Of a DNA stretch of 55,315 bases, positions 26,742 to 34,549 are shown piece by piece. The notes under the pieces are model-generated. The model did no database searches and had not been told where the DNA came from. It saw only the letters and a list, made by a program, of their open reading frames with translations. Every line of letters starts with the position of its first letter. Position 1 is the stretch's first letter. This DNA is from Azolla caroliniana (Eukaryota > Plantae > Polypodiophyta): the NCBI GenBank assembly GCA_043228905.1, contig JBHGNT010000195.1, positions 1-55,315 on the forward strand, written 5' to 3'. The position numbers and the translations under genes were made by a program.

Positions 26742-27316
26742 TGTCAGGAATAGTACTAAAACAGAGATGGAATTAGTACTAAGAACAGCAGTACTATTAG
26801 TACTAAGAGGACGGGACTGCGTAAGATTCCCGAGAGAGGAAGTGAGAAGAGGAGAGAGAGAGAGATAGCGGGAATGAGAGAGATGATGACAGCAGCTATA
26901 TATTATGTGAAAAGATAAGTACAAGCGGCTAAGAGGCTTAAGACTGGCGTTGAACCAATTTGGTTCAAAACAATGCCTTGTGCCTCCTTTTATAGTGTTT
27001 TTAGGAATAATCTTGAAGCTTCTAGAATGTTCCAGAGAGATCTGGAATATACATCAATTTTCTATGATAAAGTATAAATGAAAATAATATCCTACAAAAT
27101 ACAATTCCTAATCTAATGGTAAGAGCTCGACCCATGTAGCATAAAGTCATGGGTTCGAGTCTTGCCATGACACTTCCAGAGAGATCTGGAATATACATCA
27201 ATTTTCTATGATAAAGTATAAATGAAAATAATATCCTACAAAATACAATTCCTAATCTAATGGTAAGAGCTCGACCCATGTAGCATAAAGTCATGGGTTC
27301 GAGTCTTGCCATGACA
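26742..27316 (-). repeat. 3' LTR (575 bp)
   Basis: Direct repeat of 32124-32698 (offset 5382). No differences seen by eye, and the spurious ORF translations over the two LTRs match. Confidence 0.97.
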
Positions 27317-27317
27317 C
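27030..27317 (+). repeat. 2 x 144-bp tandem duplication forming the U3 end of the LTR (also 32412-32698)
   Basis: TTCCAGAGAGATCTGGAA...GTCTTGCCATGACAC occurs at 27030-27173 and 27174-27317. Confidence 0.96.
27073..27172 (+). promoter_or_regulatory. Putative tRNA-like Pol III type-2 promoter cassette in each 144-bp LTR unit (4 copies per element)
   Basis: TATAAAT 27073-27079, A-box-like TAATCTAATGG 27109-27119 and B-box-like GGTTCGAGTCT 27152-27162. There are 44 nt from the T8-equivalent to the G53-equivalent, as in tRNA genes. Acceptor and anticodon stems do not pair. Confidence 0.5.
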
Positions 27318-27329
27318 TATCTCCCCCTT
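27317..27329 (-). other. Polypurine tract (AAGGGGGAGATAG)
   Basis: Purine run directly 5' of the 3' LTR on the minus strand, overlapping the pol stop codon. Confidence 0.92.
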
Positions 27330-30300
27330 AAAGACGACGAGTGGAACGAGTCGGCGCTAACTGCGGACCGGGTTTGTCCGGATACTTTCGGTGGAAATCA
27401 GCAAGAAGATCTTGTGCATTGGCAACATTCTCAACGGGTTCCCAAGTACGTTCGCTCGGACTATAACCGAGCCAATCGATCAAGTAATAAAGTTTGTTGC
27501 GAACAAGTTTGGAATCGAGGATGGCAGCAACTTCATACTCCGGGCCGTCGTCCAACTCCAGCGGGGGCGGCGGTGGTGTCACACGATCGGGAATGGTGTT
27601 TGCTTTATAAGGTTCAAGAAGAGAACAATGGAAAACCGGATGTATCTGAAGCTGCGGAGGGAGATCCAGGCGGAAGGTGACATCATTAATCTTCCCCGTA
27701 ATACGGAAAGGACCGAGTCGTCGATAATCCAACTTGTCGCACGGTCGAGTAGTCTTGATGTGACGACGTAAGAGCCATACTCGATCTCCGATGGCAAAAG
27801 AGGAGGGAATCCGATGACGATCCGCATAAGTCTTCTGTGTGTGTTGAGCATGACGAAGGTGAGTAGAGAGATCCATCTGGATCTTGCGTAGCCTCTCCAA
27901 ATGGTCCTCGGCACGAGGGTTGGTAGGTAGCTCCGGAGTGTCGATCACCGACCAGCAAGGATGGAAACCGGTATAAGCGAGAAATGGGGAGACCCGAGTC
28001 GAGGAGTGAATAGCATTATTATACGCAAACTCCGCAAAGTGGAGAATCTCGGCCCAATCGTCCTGTTGATAACTCAGGAAACACCGGAGATATTGCTCCA
28101 ACGTTTGATTTGTTCGTTCCGCCTGTCCGTCAGTTTGAGGATGGTAGCCGGAGGAGAGGTTGCAGGAGACCTTGAGCATCCTGAAGAGATGCTGCCAAAA
28201 TTTGGAGACAAATTGCGGGCCTCGGTCACTGATAATACTGTCTGGTAGGCCATGATGCCGAAATATCTCACGCATAACAAGAGCGGCGGTTTCCTCGCTA
28301 GTGATGGCTTTAGTACATGGCACAAAATGTGCCATCTTCGTATATCGATCGACGACGGTTAGGATAGCATCGAACCCCTTCGAGACCGGCAGATCTGTAA
28401 TAAAATCAAGACAAATAGACTGCCATGGCTTACTTGGAATTGGTAAAGGTTCCAACAAGCCATATGGATGGTGTCGTGGCATCTTTGCTCGGCAGCAAGC
28501 ATCACAGGTCCGAACATAGTCGTCGACAAAACGGCGCATGTGGGGCCACCAAAAAGATCGCTGCACTAACTCCAACGTCTTGGTACTACCGAAATGTCCC
28601 GCCGTATGGGTGTCGTGACAATGTTGGACGATTTGAAGGCGACCGGAGCAATCGGGGACATATACGCGCTTTTTAAAGAATAACAAACCATCATGATATT
28701 CGAATTGTCGGTAGTCAATACCTGGTTGTTGAGACTGAGAACAGGATGCCCGAGAAGTATCAATGTGCGCCAGGATGTCTTGAGCAAAACTATCCGTCTT
28801 CAAGGTTGCACGTATGTCATCGGTAATCCGTGAATCCATCGGGGTGTGAAAAATCCGCGTCGTGTGCAATCGTGTTGGTCCCAAGATTACTTGCTTTTGA
28901 TTATCAAATGTTGCGTCACCAGGACGAGGTGCAAGATATGAACGCCGTGATAGTGCATCTGCTTTTCCTTGTTGCTTCCCCGGTCGATATGTGATTTCGA
29001 AGTTGAAACGCGTGAGGAATTGCGCCCACCGAGCTTGCCGTCGATTTAGTACGCGAGCGTTCTGAAAATAAGCAAGATTTTTATGATCGCTAAAGACAAT
29101 GACCTGATGTGGAGAGCCCTCTAAGAAATGCCGCCATTGTACAAATGAATCCACGATGGCTAATAACTCCTTGTCATGTATTTCGTAGTTGATTTCTGCG
29201 ACATTGAATTTGCGCGAATGGAAAGCCACCGGATGCAACTCTTCTTTATCGCCTTGTTGAGAAAGGATGCTACCGAGGGCGAAATCTGATGCGTCGGCCT
29301 CCATGATGAATGGTTTGCTTGTATCCACATGAGCTAGAATCGGTGCTGATGTAAAGGCTTTCTTAAGATGCCGAAAAGCCATATCTGCTTCGATGGACCA
29401 AAGAAATGCTTGGCCCTTCTTCGTAAGTTGTGTGAGAGGTAAAATAATCTTCGAGTAATCCTGTATAAACTTACGGTAGAAGTTAGCAAAGCCTAGAAAA
29501 CATTGTACATCTCGTACCGACCGTGGAATTTGCCACTCTAGTACAGTTTGGATTTTAGCTGGATCCATGGCGATGCCCTTTGAGGAGATGACGTAGCCTA
29601 GAAATTCCACTTGCTTGCAGTCAAAGCTACATTTCTCTAGCTTGGCATAAAGACCATTCTCGCGGAGTCGCTTTAGTACTAATAGTACATGAGAATCGTG
29701 CTCTTCCTGGGTCTTCGAATAAATCAACAGATCATCCAGATAAATGATCAAACAGATATCCAAGAGGTCTCTGAATATATCATTTGCCATGTGTTGGAAG
29801 ACTGCGGGTGCATTGGTTAGGCCAAACGGCATAACAGTATACTCGAAATGCCCATACCGCGTGCGAAAAGCGGTCTTCCACTCATCTCCCGGTCGGATCC
29901 GCACGAGATTATACGCTCCTCGTAGGTCGATTTTAGTAAAAAACTTGGCACCATTAACTCTCTCTAAAAGACTTGATATAAGAGGAAGTGCATACCTATT
30001 CCGGATGGTGACTTTATTCAATCCGCGGTAATCAACGACAAGACGAAGTGAGCCATCTTTCTTCTTGACAAAGAAGATGGGTGCACCGGCCGGAGATTTC
30101 GAATGACGGATGAACCCGCTTGCCAAGTTCTCCTCTATGTAGGCTCGAAGGACTTCTAACTCGGTGGGTGACAAGTTGTAAATTGGTCCCCATGGTGGCT
30201 CGGTTCCTGGTTGTAAATCGATGGGACAGTCATAGGGACGGTGATGAGGAAGGGTACCGGCTTTTACCTTGTCAAATACATCGGCATAAGGATGATATTT

Positions 30301-30900
30301 TGCCGGAAGTTGTATTGAGGAGTCCTTCTTAATAGTGCTAGAAGGATGTACTGATATGGCAAATAGGAACATTGCCTCCTTGGGTCCTTCTTCGCGTAGT
30401 TGATGGAGTGAAATGGTCGAAACTCGGTGAGTTGATTCTTGGGGTGGTCGATATCGGACTTCTCTTGTTCTCCAATCTATGGCTGGATTATGTAATTCAA
30501 GCCAAGGTAATCCTAGGACAATGGGATGCTCTGGACTACTAATTATATTAAATGATATTATACACACAAAACTACCTAGGACAACTTGAATGGGTTCTGA
30601 TTCTTCTACAATATTCCCGGAAGCAATGGGACGACCATCAATGACCACCACAGATGCGGGACAAGGAAGTTTTCTTAAGGATATCTGAGAAGCTCGGGCA
30701 AAATTTCGATCCATGAAACAGGAATTAGCTCCGGAATCTAAAAGTGCTAGGACGGGTACTGGGGGAGTACTTTTAGTACTAACAATGACTTGGGCTAGGA
30801 ACACATTGCTAACTTGCTTGGAAGGAATGGAACCACTAATGGGCTGTACAGATCTAGGGCTGTTGTCCAACCAAATGGCTCCTATTTTGGCTGGACTCAA
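27328..30900 (-). CDS. pol: Pol polyprotein (protease, RT, RNase H, integrase, chromodomain), about 1190 aa, probably expressed as Gag-Pol by -1 frameshift
   Basis: Motifs: LLDSGA (protease); RLVVDYRGLN, MPFGLTNAP, YLDD (RT); EADASD (RNase H); H-H-C-C zinc motif, CLDFITDLP, SDRGPQF, QAERTNQ, GPF (integrase); EYEVAAIL...YLIDWLGY...TWEP (chromodomain). The ORF opens at TTG, not ATG, in the -1 frame of gag. Confidence 0.97.
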   Translation of the reverse strand: MSPAKIGAIWLDNSPRSVQPISGSIPSKQVSNVFLAQVIVSTKSTPPVPVLALLDSGANSCFMDRNFARASQISLRKLPCPASVVVIDGRPIASGNIVEESEPIQVVLGSFVCIISFNIISSPEHPIVLGLPWLELHNPAIDWRTREVRYRPPQESTHRVSTISLHQLREEGPKEAMFLFAISVHPSSTIKKDSSIQLPAKYHPYADVFDKVKAGTLPHHRPYDCPIDLQPGTEPPWGPIYNLSPTELEVLRAYIEENLASGFIRHSKSPAGAPIFFVKKKDGSLRLVVDYRGLNKVTIRNRYALPLISSLLERVNGAKFFTKIDLRGAYNLVRIRPGDEWKTAFRTRYGHFEYTVMPFGLTNAPAVFQHMANDIFRDLLDICLIIYLDDLLIYSKTQEEHDSHVLLVLKRLRENGLYAKLEKCSFDCKQVEFLGYVISSKGIAMDPAKIQTVLEWQIPRSVRDVQCFLGFANFYRKFIQDYSKIILPLTQLTKKGQAFLWSIEADMAFRHLKKAFTSAPILAHVDTSKPFIMEADASDFALGSILSQQGDKEELHPVAFHSRKFNVAEINYEIHDKELLAIVDSFVQWRHFLEGSPHQVIVFSDHKNLAYFQNARVLNRRQARWAQFLTRFNFEITYRPGKQQGKADALSRRSYLAPRPGDATFDNQKQVILGPTRLHTTRIFHTPMDSRITDDIRATLKTDSFAQDILAHIDTSRASCSQSQQPGIDYRQFEYHDGLLFFKKRVYVPDCSGRLQIVQHCHDTHTAGHFGSTKTLELVQRSFWWPHMRRFVDDYVRTCDACCRAKMPRHHPYGLLEPLPIPSKPWQSICLDFITDLPVSKGFDAILTVVDRYTKMAHFVPCTKAITSEETAALVMREIFRHHGLPDSIISDRGPQFVSKFWQHLFRMLKVSCNLSSGYHPQTDGQAERTNQTLEQYLRCFLSYQQDDWAEILHFAEFAYNNAIHSSTRVSPFLAYTGFHPCWSVIDTPELPTNPRAEDHLERLRKIQMDLSTHLRHAQHTQKTYADRHRIPSSFAIGDRVWLLRRHIKTTRPCDKLDYRRLGPFRITGKINDVTFRLDLPPQLQIHPVFHCSLLEPYKANTIPDRVTPPPPPLELDDGPEYEVAAILDSKLVRNKLYYLIDWLGYSPSERTWEPVENVANAQDLLADFHRKYPDKPGPQLAPTRSTRRL

Positions 30901-30909
30901 TCGTTTAAC
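30855..30909 (-). other. Predicted -1 ribosomal frameshift signal
   Basis: G_TTA_AAC heptamer (30903-30909), a 6-nt spacer, then an 11-bp stem GTCCAGCCAAA/TTTGGTTGGAC (30886-30896 with 30865-30875). The loop can pair with GCCCTA (30855-30860). Confidence 0.78.
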
Positions 30910-32054
30910 TCTTCATCTAATTGACTAAGGATTTCAAATTTATTTGAGATACTTGGGCTATTAGTACTATGAATACTATCTGACACTCTATTAGTACTAT
31001 TAATACTATCAGACACTCCAAAGGGAAGAATTGACTCGGGTTTAGTACAGGCGACGATTTGATTTACCTGTCTTCTTGGCCTATGGGGACAATTGATGGC
31101 GATATGTCCTGGTCCACCGCAATAAAGACATAATCGATTGGCACGTCTTCGTTGCTTTTCTTCTTCCGATAACGGGCCGCGTCGACGCATGGTATCGATC
31201 TCCATCGGTGTCGAAGTATTTGCTTGAGGTGTGTCTCGTGCAAACGGTTTAGCCGCGACTGCGGCGTAAGTGGGCTCTGGCCTAGAGCGTGGTATCTGTA
31301 ATTGACGTTCTGAACGCCGTTCAAAAAGGCGGTTGTCACATCGAACTGCTCGACTGATTGCCTCCGTAAGAGACTTTGGTTCTTCGGGGAAAGTTAGAAG
31401 TAGATCTTTGACATCGTTTCGCAAGCCATAGCGAAACTGCTCCATTAGTGCTTGATCATCCCAGGGTATATCTGAAGCAAGTAGGCGGAAATCCGCCGCG
31501 TAGGCAGAGGCTGGACGATCGCCTTGACGCAATCGCCGGATCTTGTTGATCGCCGTCCTGATGCTGTCGGTGTCTCCAAAGCAGGCTTTAAACTCACCAA
31601 TAAAATCTTCAAAGTTATTAAGTAAGGGTGATTGTTTTTCTAGAAGCGGAGCAAACCATGCCAAGGCTGAGCCGCTAAGTAGCGTGCCTATTAGGCCGAC
31701 TCGAGATGCATCAGTGGGATATCGGGAAGGATGCATCTGGATGACTAAGCGTACCTGATTAAGGAATCCCCGGAATTGCGAACGCGTTCCATCAAATTTC
31801 ACAGGAAGTCCAATCTTGGGCTCTTTATGAAATCCTTGGGGACTGGATCCTTGTTGTTGCAACGCTGCTTCGAGTTGTTGTACCCGTAACGCTAACTCCC
31901 CATGTTGTTGTTGCGTTTGTTGTTTTTCTAGAGCGATTTGTTGCAGATCCCCTATCAGCCGTTGGTTTTCTTGTTCCAGGGCAACAAACTTTTCTTTTAG
32001 GCACTGTAGCTCGGAGAAAACGGATTGGTATTCTTGGGCGCTAACAGTAGCCAT
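30897..32054 (-). CDS. gag: Gag (385 aa): N-terminal coiled coil, sushi/PEG10-like capsid region, CCHC zinc knuckle
   Basis: PVKFDGTRSQFRGFLNQ...LLSGSALAW, LRQG...YAADF, F-R-Y-G-L...K and CLYCGGPGHIAINC. Confidence 0.95.
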   Translation of the reverse strand: MATVSAQEYQSVFSELQCLKEKFVALEQENQRLIGDLQQIALEKQQTQQQHGELALRVQQLEAALQQQGSSPQGFHKEPKIGLPVKFDGTRSQFRGFLNQVRLVIQMHPSRYPTDASRVGLIGTLLSGSALAWFAPLLEKQSPLLNNFEDFIGEFKACFGDTDSIRTAINKIRRLRQGDRPASAYAADFRLLASDIPWDDQALMEQFRYGLRNDVKDLLLTFPEEPKSLTEAISRAVRCDNRLFERRSERQLQIPRSRPEPTYAAVAAKPFARDTPQANTSTPMEIDTMRRRGPLSEEEKQRRRANRLCLYCGGPGHIAINCPHRPRRQVNQIVACTKPESILPFGVSDSINSTNRVSDSIHSTNSPSISNKFEILSQLDEELND

Positions 32055-32109
32055 AGTATAGGGAAAAGGGTTGGAGGATGAGGGAGAGTGACAAGTAGGC
32101 TAGAGGGGA

Positions 32110-32121
32110 AAATTGGTTCAA
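32110..32121 (-). other. Self-priming type primer-binding site (TTGAACCAATTT), not tRNA-complementary
   Basis: Lies 2 nt after the 5' LTR and lacks the TGG start of a tRNA PBS. It is perfectly complementary to AAATTGGTTCAA in the LTR (minus strand, 32343-32332). Confidence 0.85.
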
Positions 32122-32123
32122 AC

Positions 32124-32698
32124 TGTCAGGAATAGTACTAAAACAGAGATGGAATTAGTACTAAGAACAGCAGTACTATTAGTACTAAGAGGACGGGACT
32201 GCGTAAGATTCCCGAGAGAGGAAGTGAGAAGAGGAGAGAGAGAGAGATAGCGGGAATGAGAGAGATGATGACAGCAGCTATATATTATGTGAAAAGATAA
32301 GTACAAGCGGCTAAGAGGCTTAAGACTGGCGTTGAACCAATTTGGTTCAAAACAATGCCTTGTGCCTCCTTTTATAGTGTTTTTAGGAATAATCTTGAAG
32401 CTTCTAGAATGTTCCAGAGAGATCTGGAATATACATCAATTTTCTATGATAAAGTATAAATGAAAATAATATCCTACAAAATACAATTCCTAATCTAATG
32501 GTAAGAGCTCGACCCATGTAGCATAAAGTCATGGGTTCGAGTCTTGCCATGACACTTCCAGAGAGATCTGGAATATACATCAATTTTCTATGATAAAGTA
32601 TAAATGAAAATAATATCCTACAAAATACAATTCCTAATCTAATGGTAAGAGCTCGACCCATGTAGCATAAAGTCATGGGTTCGAGTCTTGCCATGACA
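32124..32698 (-). repeat. 5' LTR (575 bp)
   Basis: Direct repeat of 26742-27316, upstream of gag on the minus strand. Confidence 0.97.
32370..32376 (-). promoter_or_regulatory. LTR Pol II TATA box (TATAAAA; also 26988-26994)
   Basis: Starts 33 nt upstream of the self-primer sequence that should be the transcript 5' end. Confidence 0.7.
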
Positions 32699-33608
32699 AT
32701 CAAAGCCAGAGAGATGAAGGAGAAAGTATGTTGTGGGAGAAATCATGTAGGGACTTACAAAAGCGATCGCTTGCATAAGAAAGCTCACAGAATCTTTGTA
32801 TGATATCGGACTTTAGAGTTCAAATAGGTGAATCAAAGCGAATGAAGTAGGCTATGATATGGAATGAGAAAATATGAATTTCGAAATTTAGAGAGAGAGA
32901 CATGAAGGAAAGGATAAAGTTGTGTTAGAAATCAGGGAGGGACAGACAAGAGCGACTGCTTGCATTAGAAAACTCATAGCTTCCTCGTAGGATATCGGAT
33001 TTAAGAGTTCAAATAGGTGAATCAAAGCTAACGAAGTAGGCTATCATATGGGCTGATAAAATCTGAATTTCGAATTCCAGAGAGAGAGAGACATGAAGGA
33101 AAAATTAAAGTTGTGTTAGAAATTAGGGAGGGACAGACAAGAGTGACCGCTTGCATGAGAAAGCTCATAGCTTCCTCGTAGGATATAAGATTTAAGAGTT
33201 CAAATAGGTGAATCAAAGTTGACGAAGTAGGATATGATATGCCATCCATAAAATCTAAATTGTGAAATTCAGTGCAAGAGACATGATATGAAAAGTAAGG
33301 TTGTGTCACAAATCAGGCAGGGACAGACAAGATCACCTGTGTGAATCAGAAAGGTCATAGCTTTCTCATGTGATATGGGATTTAGGAACCCTGAGCTCTA
33401 AACTCTTAATATTTTATTGTACATAACCCCATACAATATACCGCACATCAACACATCACCGTCAAACGAAATCTCAATGGCATTTTCGACACTCCCCCGA
33501 TCCATCGTTTAACATACATTAGTCTGTAAAAAAATATCATATTTTACCATACAATAGCACACAACGCGAATCCAATCAAACATTTTTATTTTTTTTTGGA
33601 TTAAAAGC

Positions 33609-33970
33609 ACTCTGATACCATATGTAATAACCAAGATCATTAATCCTAAAATAAAGACATAAGTGACACAATCATACTGAAAATATGCATTACCACCCAT
33701 CCACCCCCATGCCAGAGTTGAAAGCGTAGAGGAGGAATCCCAATGTGTCCCATACCAATGAGGATCTCCACGTCAAGACCTTGGTAGATGACTAGTCCTC
33801 AACAAAGAGAGCTTCGTCGGAACCACTCATGGGTTCCCTTTGGCCAAAGAGAGTATCCCCTATTTATAGAACCTAGGCCATGTAATGACATCTACCAGAC
33901 CAATCATGTGTGGGGTACCCAATGACACACATTAGGCCAGTCCAATAAAGTTGACGACTTAGATATTACA
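33609..33970 (-). mobile_element. Remnant of a second LTR retrotransposon: one ~348-bp LTR plus a tRNA-iMet type PBS
   Basis: 33623-33970 is bounded by TGTAATA...TATTACA and contains CTATAAATAGGGG on the minus strand (~33857-33869). TGGTATCAGAGT follows 2 nt later on the minus strand (33620-33609). No second LTR or coding region seen. Confidence 0.65.
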
Positions 33971-34044
33971 GTATGATAGCCTGCAAATAAGCACGTCAAA
34001 ACCAATGAACATTACATTATGTAATGTAATTTCTTTTACATTTA

Positions 34045-34130
34045 AATGTGAGTGTGTGTGCATGTAGGGTAAATGTGAGTGCATGTGTGTGTAGGCTAAT
34101 ATGCGAGTGCATGTGCGTGTAGGCTATCGT
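34045..34130. repeat. Three degenerate ~27-bp units (ATGTGAGTGCATGTGTGTGTAGGCTAA-like)
   Basis: Visible tandem units upstream of the MORN gene. Confidence 0.6.
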
Positions 34131-34549
34131 GAGTGTTTGCTTGTAATACTAAGACAAGTTTTTTGTAACACTCACCGAGAAGTTCAAGAAGTTCCGATCG
34201 ACATTAACACTCGCGGGAAAATGACCAATTAAAATTTTTTAATTCCAGACAGGTTAATGAGAAGCGGGGAAATTTCCAGAAGGGATGGGAGATAGGAGGA
34301 AGGAACGGCGATATGATGTCGGGATGGGTGGGTAGGGGGTAGTGGGTAGTGAAGTGGTGAGTGTGTGTGATGATGAATGAATTGAGTCCCATCCCTGAGT
34401 CCCATCCCATCCATTTGCGTTTTTGTTTCTTCATGATGACAGTTATATTGTTTGTTTGTCGTAAAAGCTGGGTTCCTTTTCGTGGGCATCGCATCGAACT
34501 GTGGCGGACGGAGGGGGGGGGGGAACTGCAAGAAGAGGCTTCCAGAGTG

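Larger units (their letters stand above)
26742..32698 (-). mobile_element. Full-length Ty3/gypsy chromovirus LTR retrotransposon (Tcn1/sushi-like), 5957 bp
   Basis: Two 575-bp LTRs with TGTCA...TGACA ends and a 5-bp TSD ATCAA (26737-26741 and 32699-32703). gag and pol are intact, in the order PR-RT-RH-IN-chromodomain, with a PPT next to the 3' LTR. Confidence 0.98.
26718..33385 (+). repeat. Diverged ~190-bp variant of the satellite (about 3.5 monomers; 26718-26741 plus 32699-33385), split by the retrotransposon
   Basis: The GATAT(C/A/G) anchor occurs at 32802, 32991, 33182 and 33372 (spacings 189, 191, 190). It shares GATATCGGA, GCTATGATATGGAAT, GAGAGACATGAAG and AGACAAGAGC with the 178-mer. 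Removing the element rejoins TAAAATTTGCATTTCGAAAATCAA to AGCCAGAGAGATGAAGG. Confidence 0.88.

Noticed and set aside
27102-27172. Functional tRNA gene in the LTR
   Set aside because: Acceptor and anticodon stems do not pair and the T stem is weak. Kept only as a tRNA-like promoter candidate.
26649-27312. LTR ORFs (MYLSFHII..., MARLEPMT... repeated) and antisense ORFs over gag/pol
   Set aside because: The repeated peptide simply reflects the 144-bp duplication. No recognisable domains; these are shadow ORFs of the element.
33379-33403. Telomere-like TTTAGG/AACCCT at the satellite end
   Set aside because: Only one or two degenerate units, and TTTAGG is explained by the monomer sequence GGATTTAAG.
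33485-33500. PPT-like GGGGGAG followed by TGT on the minus strand, suggesting a TRIM with the 33623-33970 LTR
   Set aside because: The sequence after it does not match the start of that LTR, so there is no second terminal repeat.
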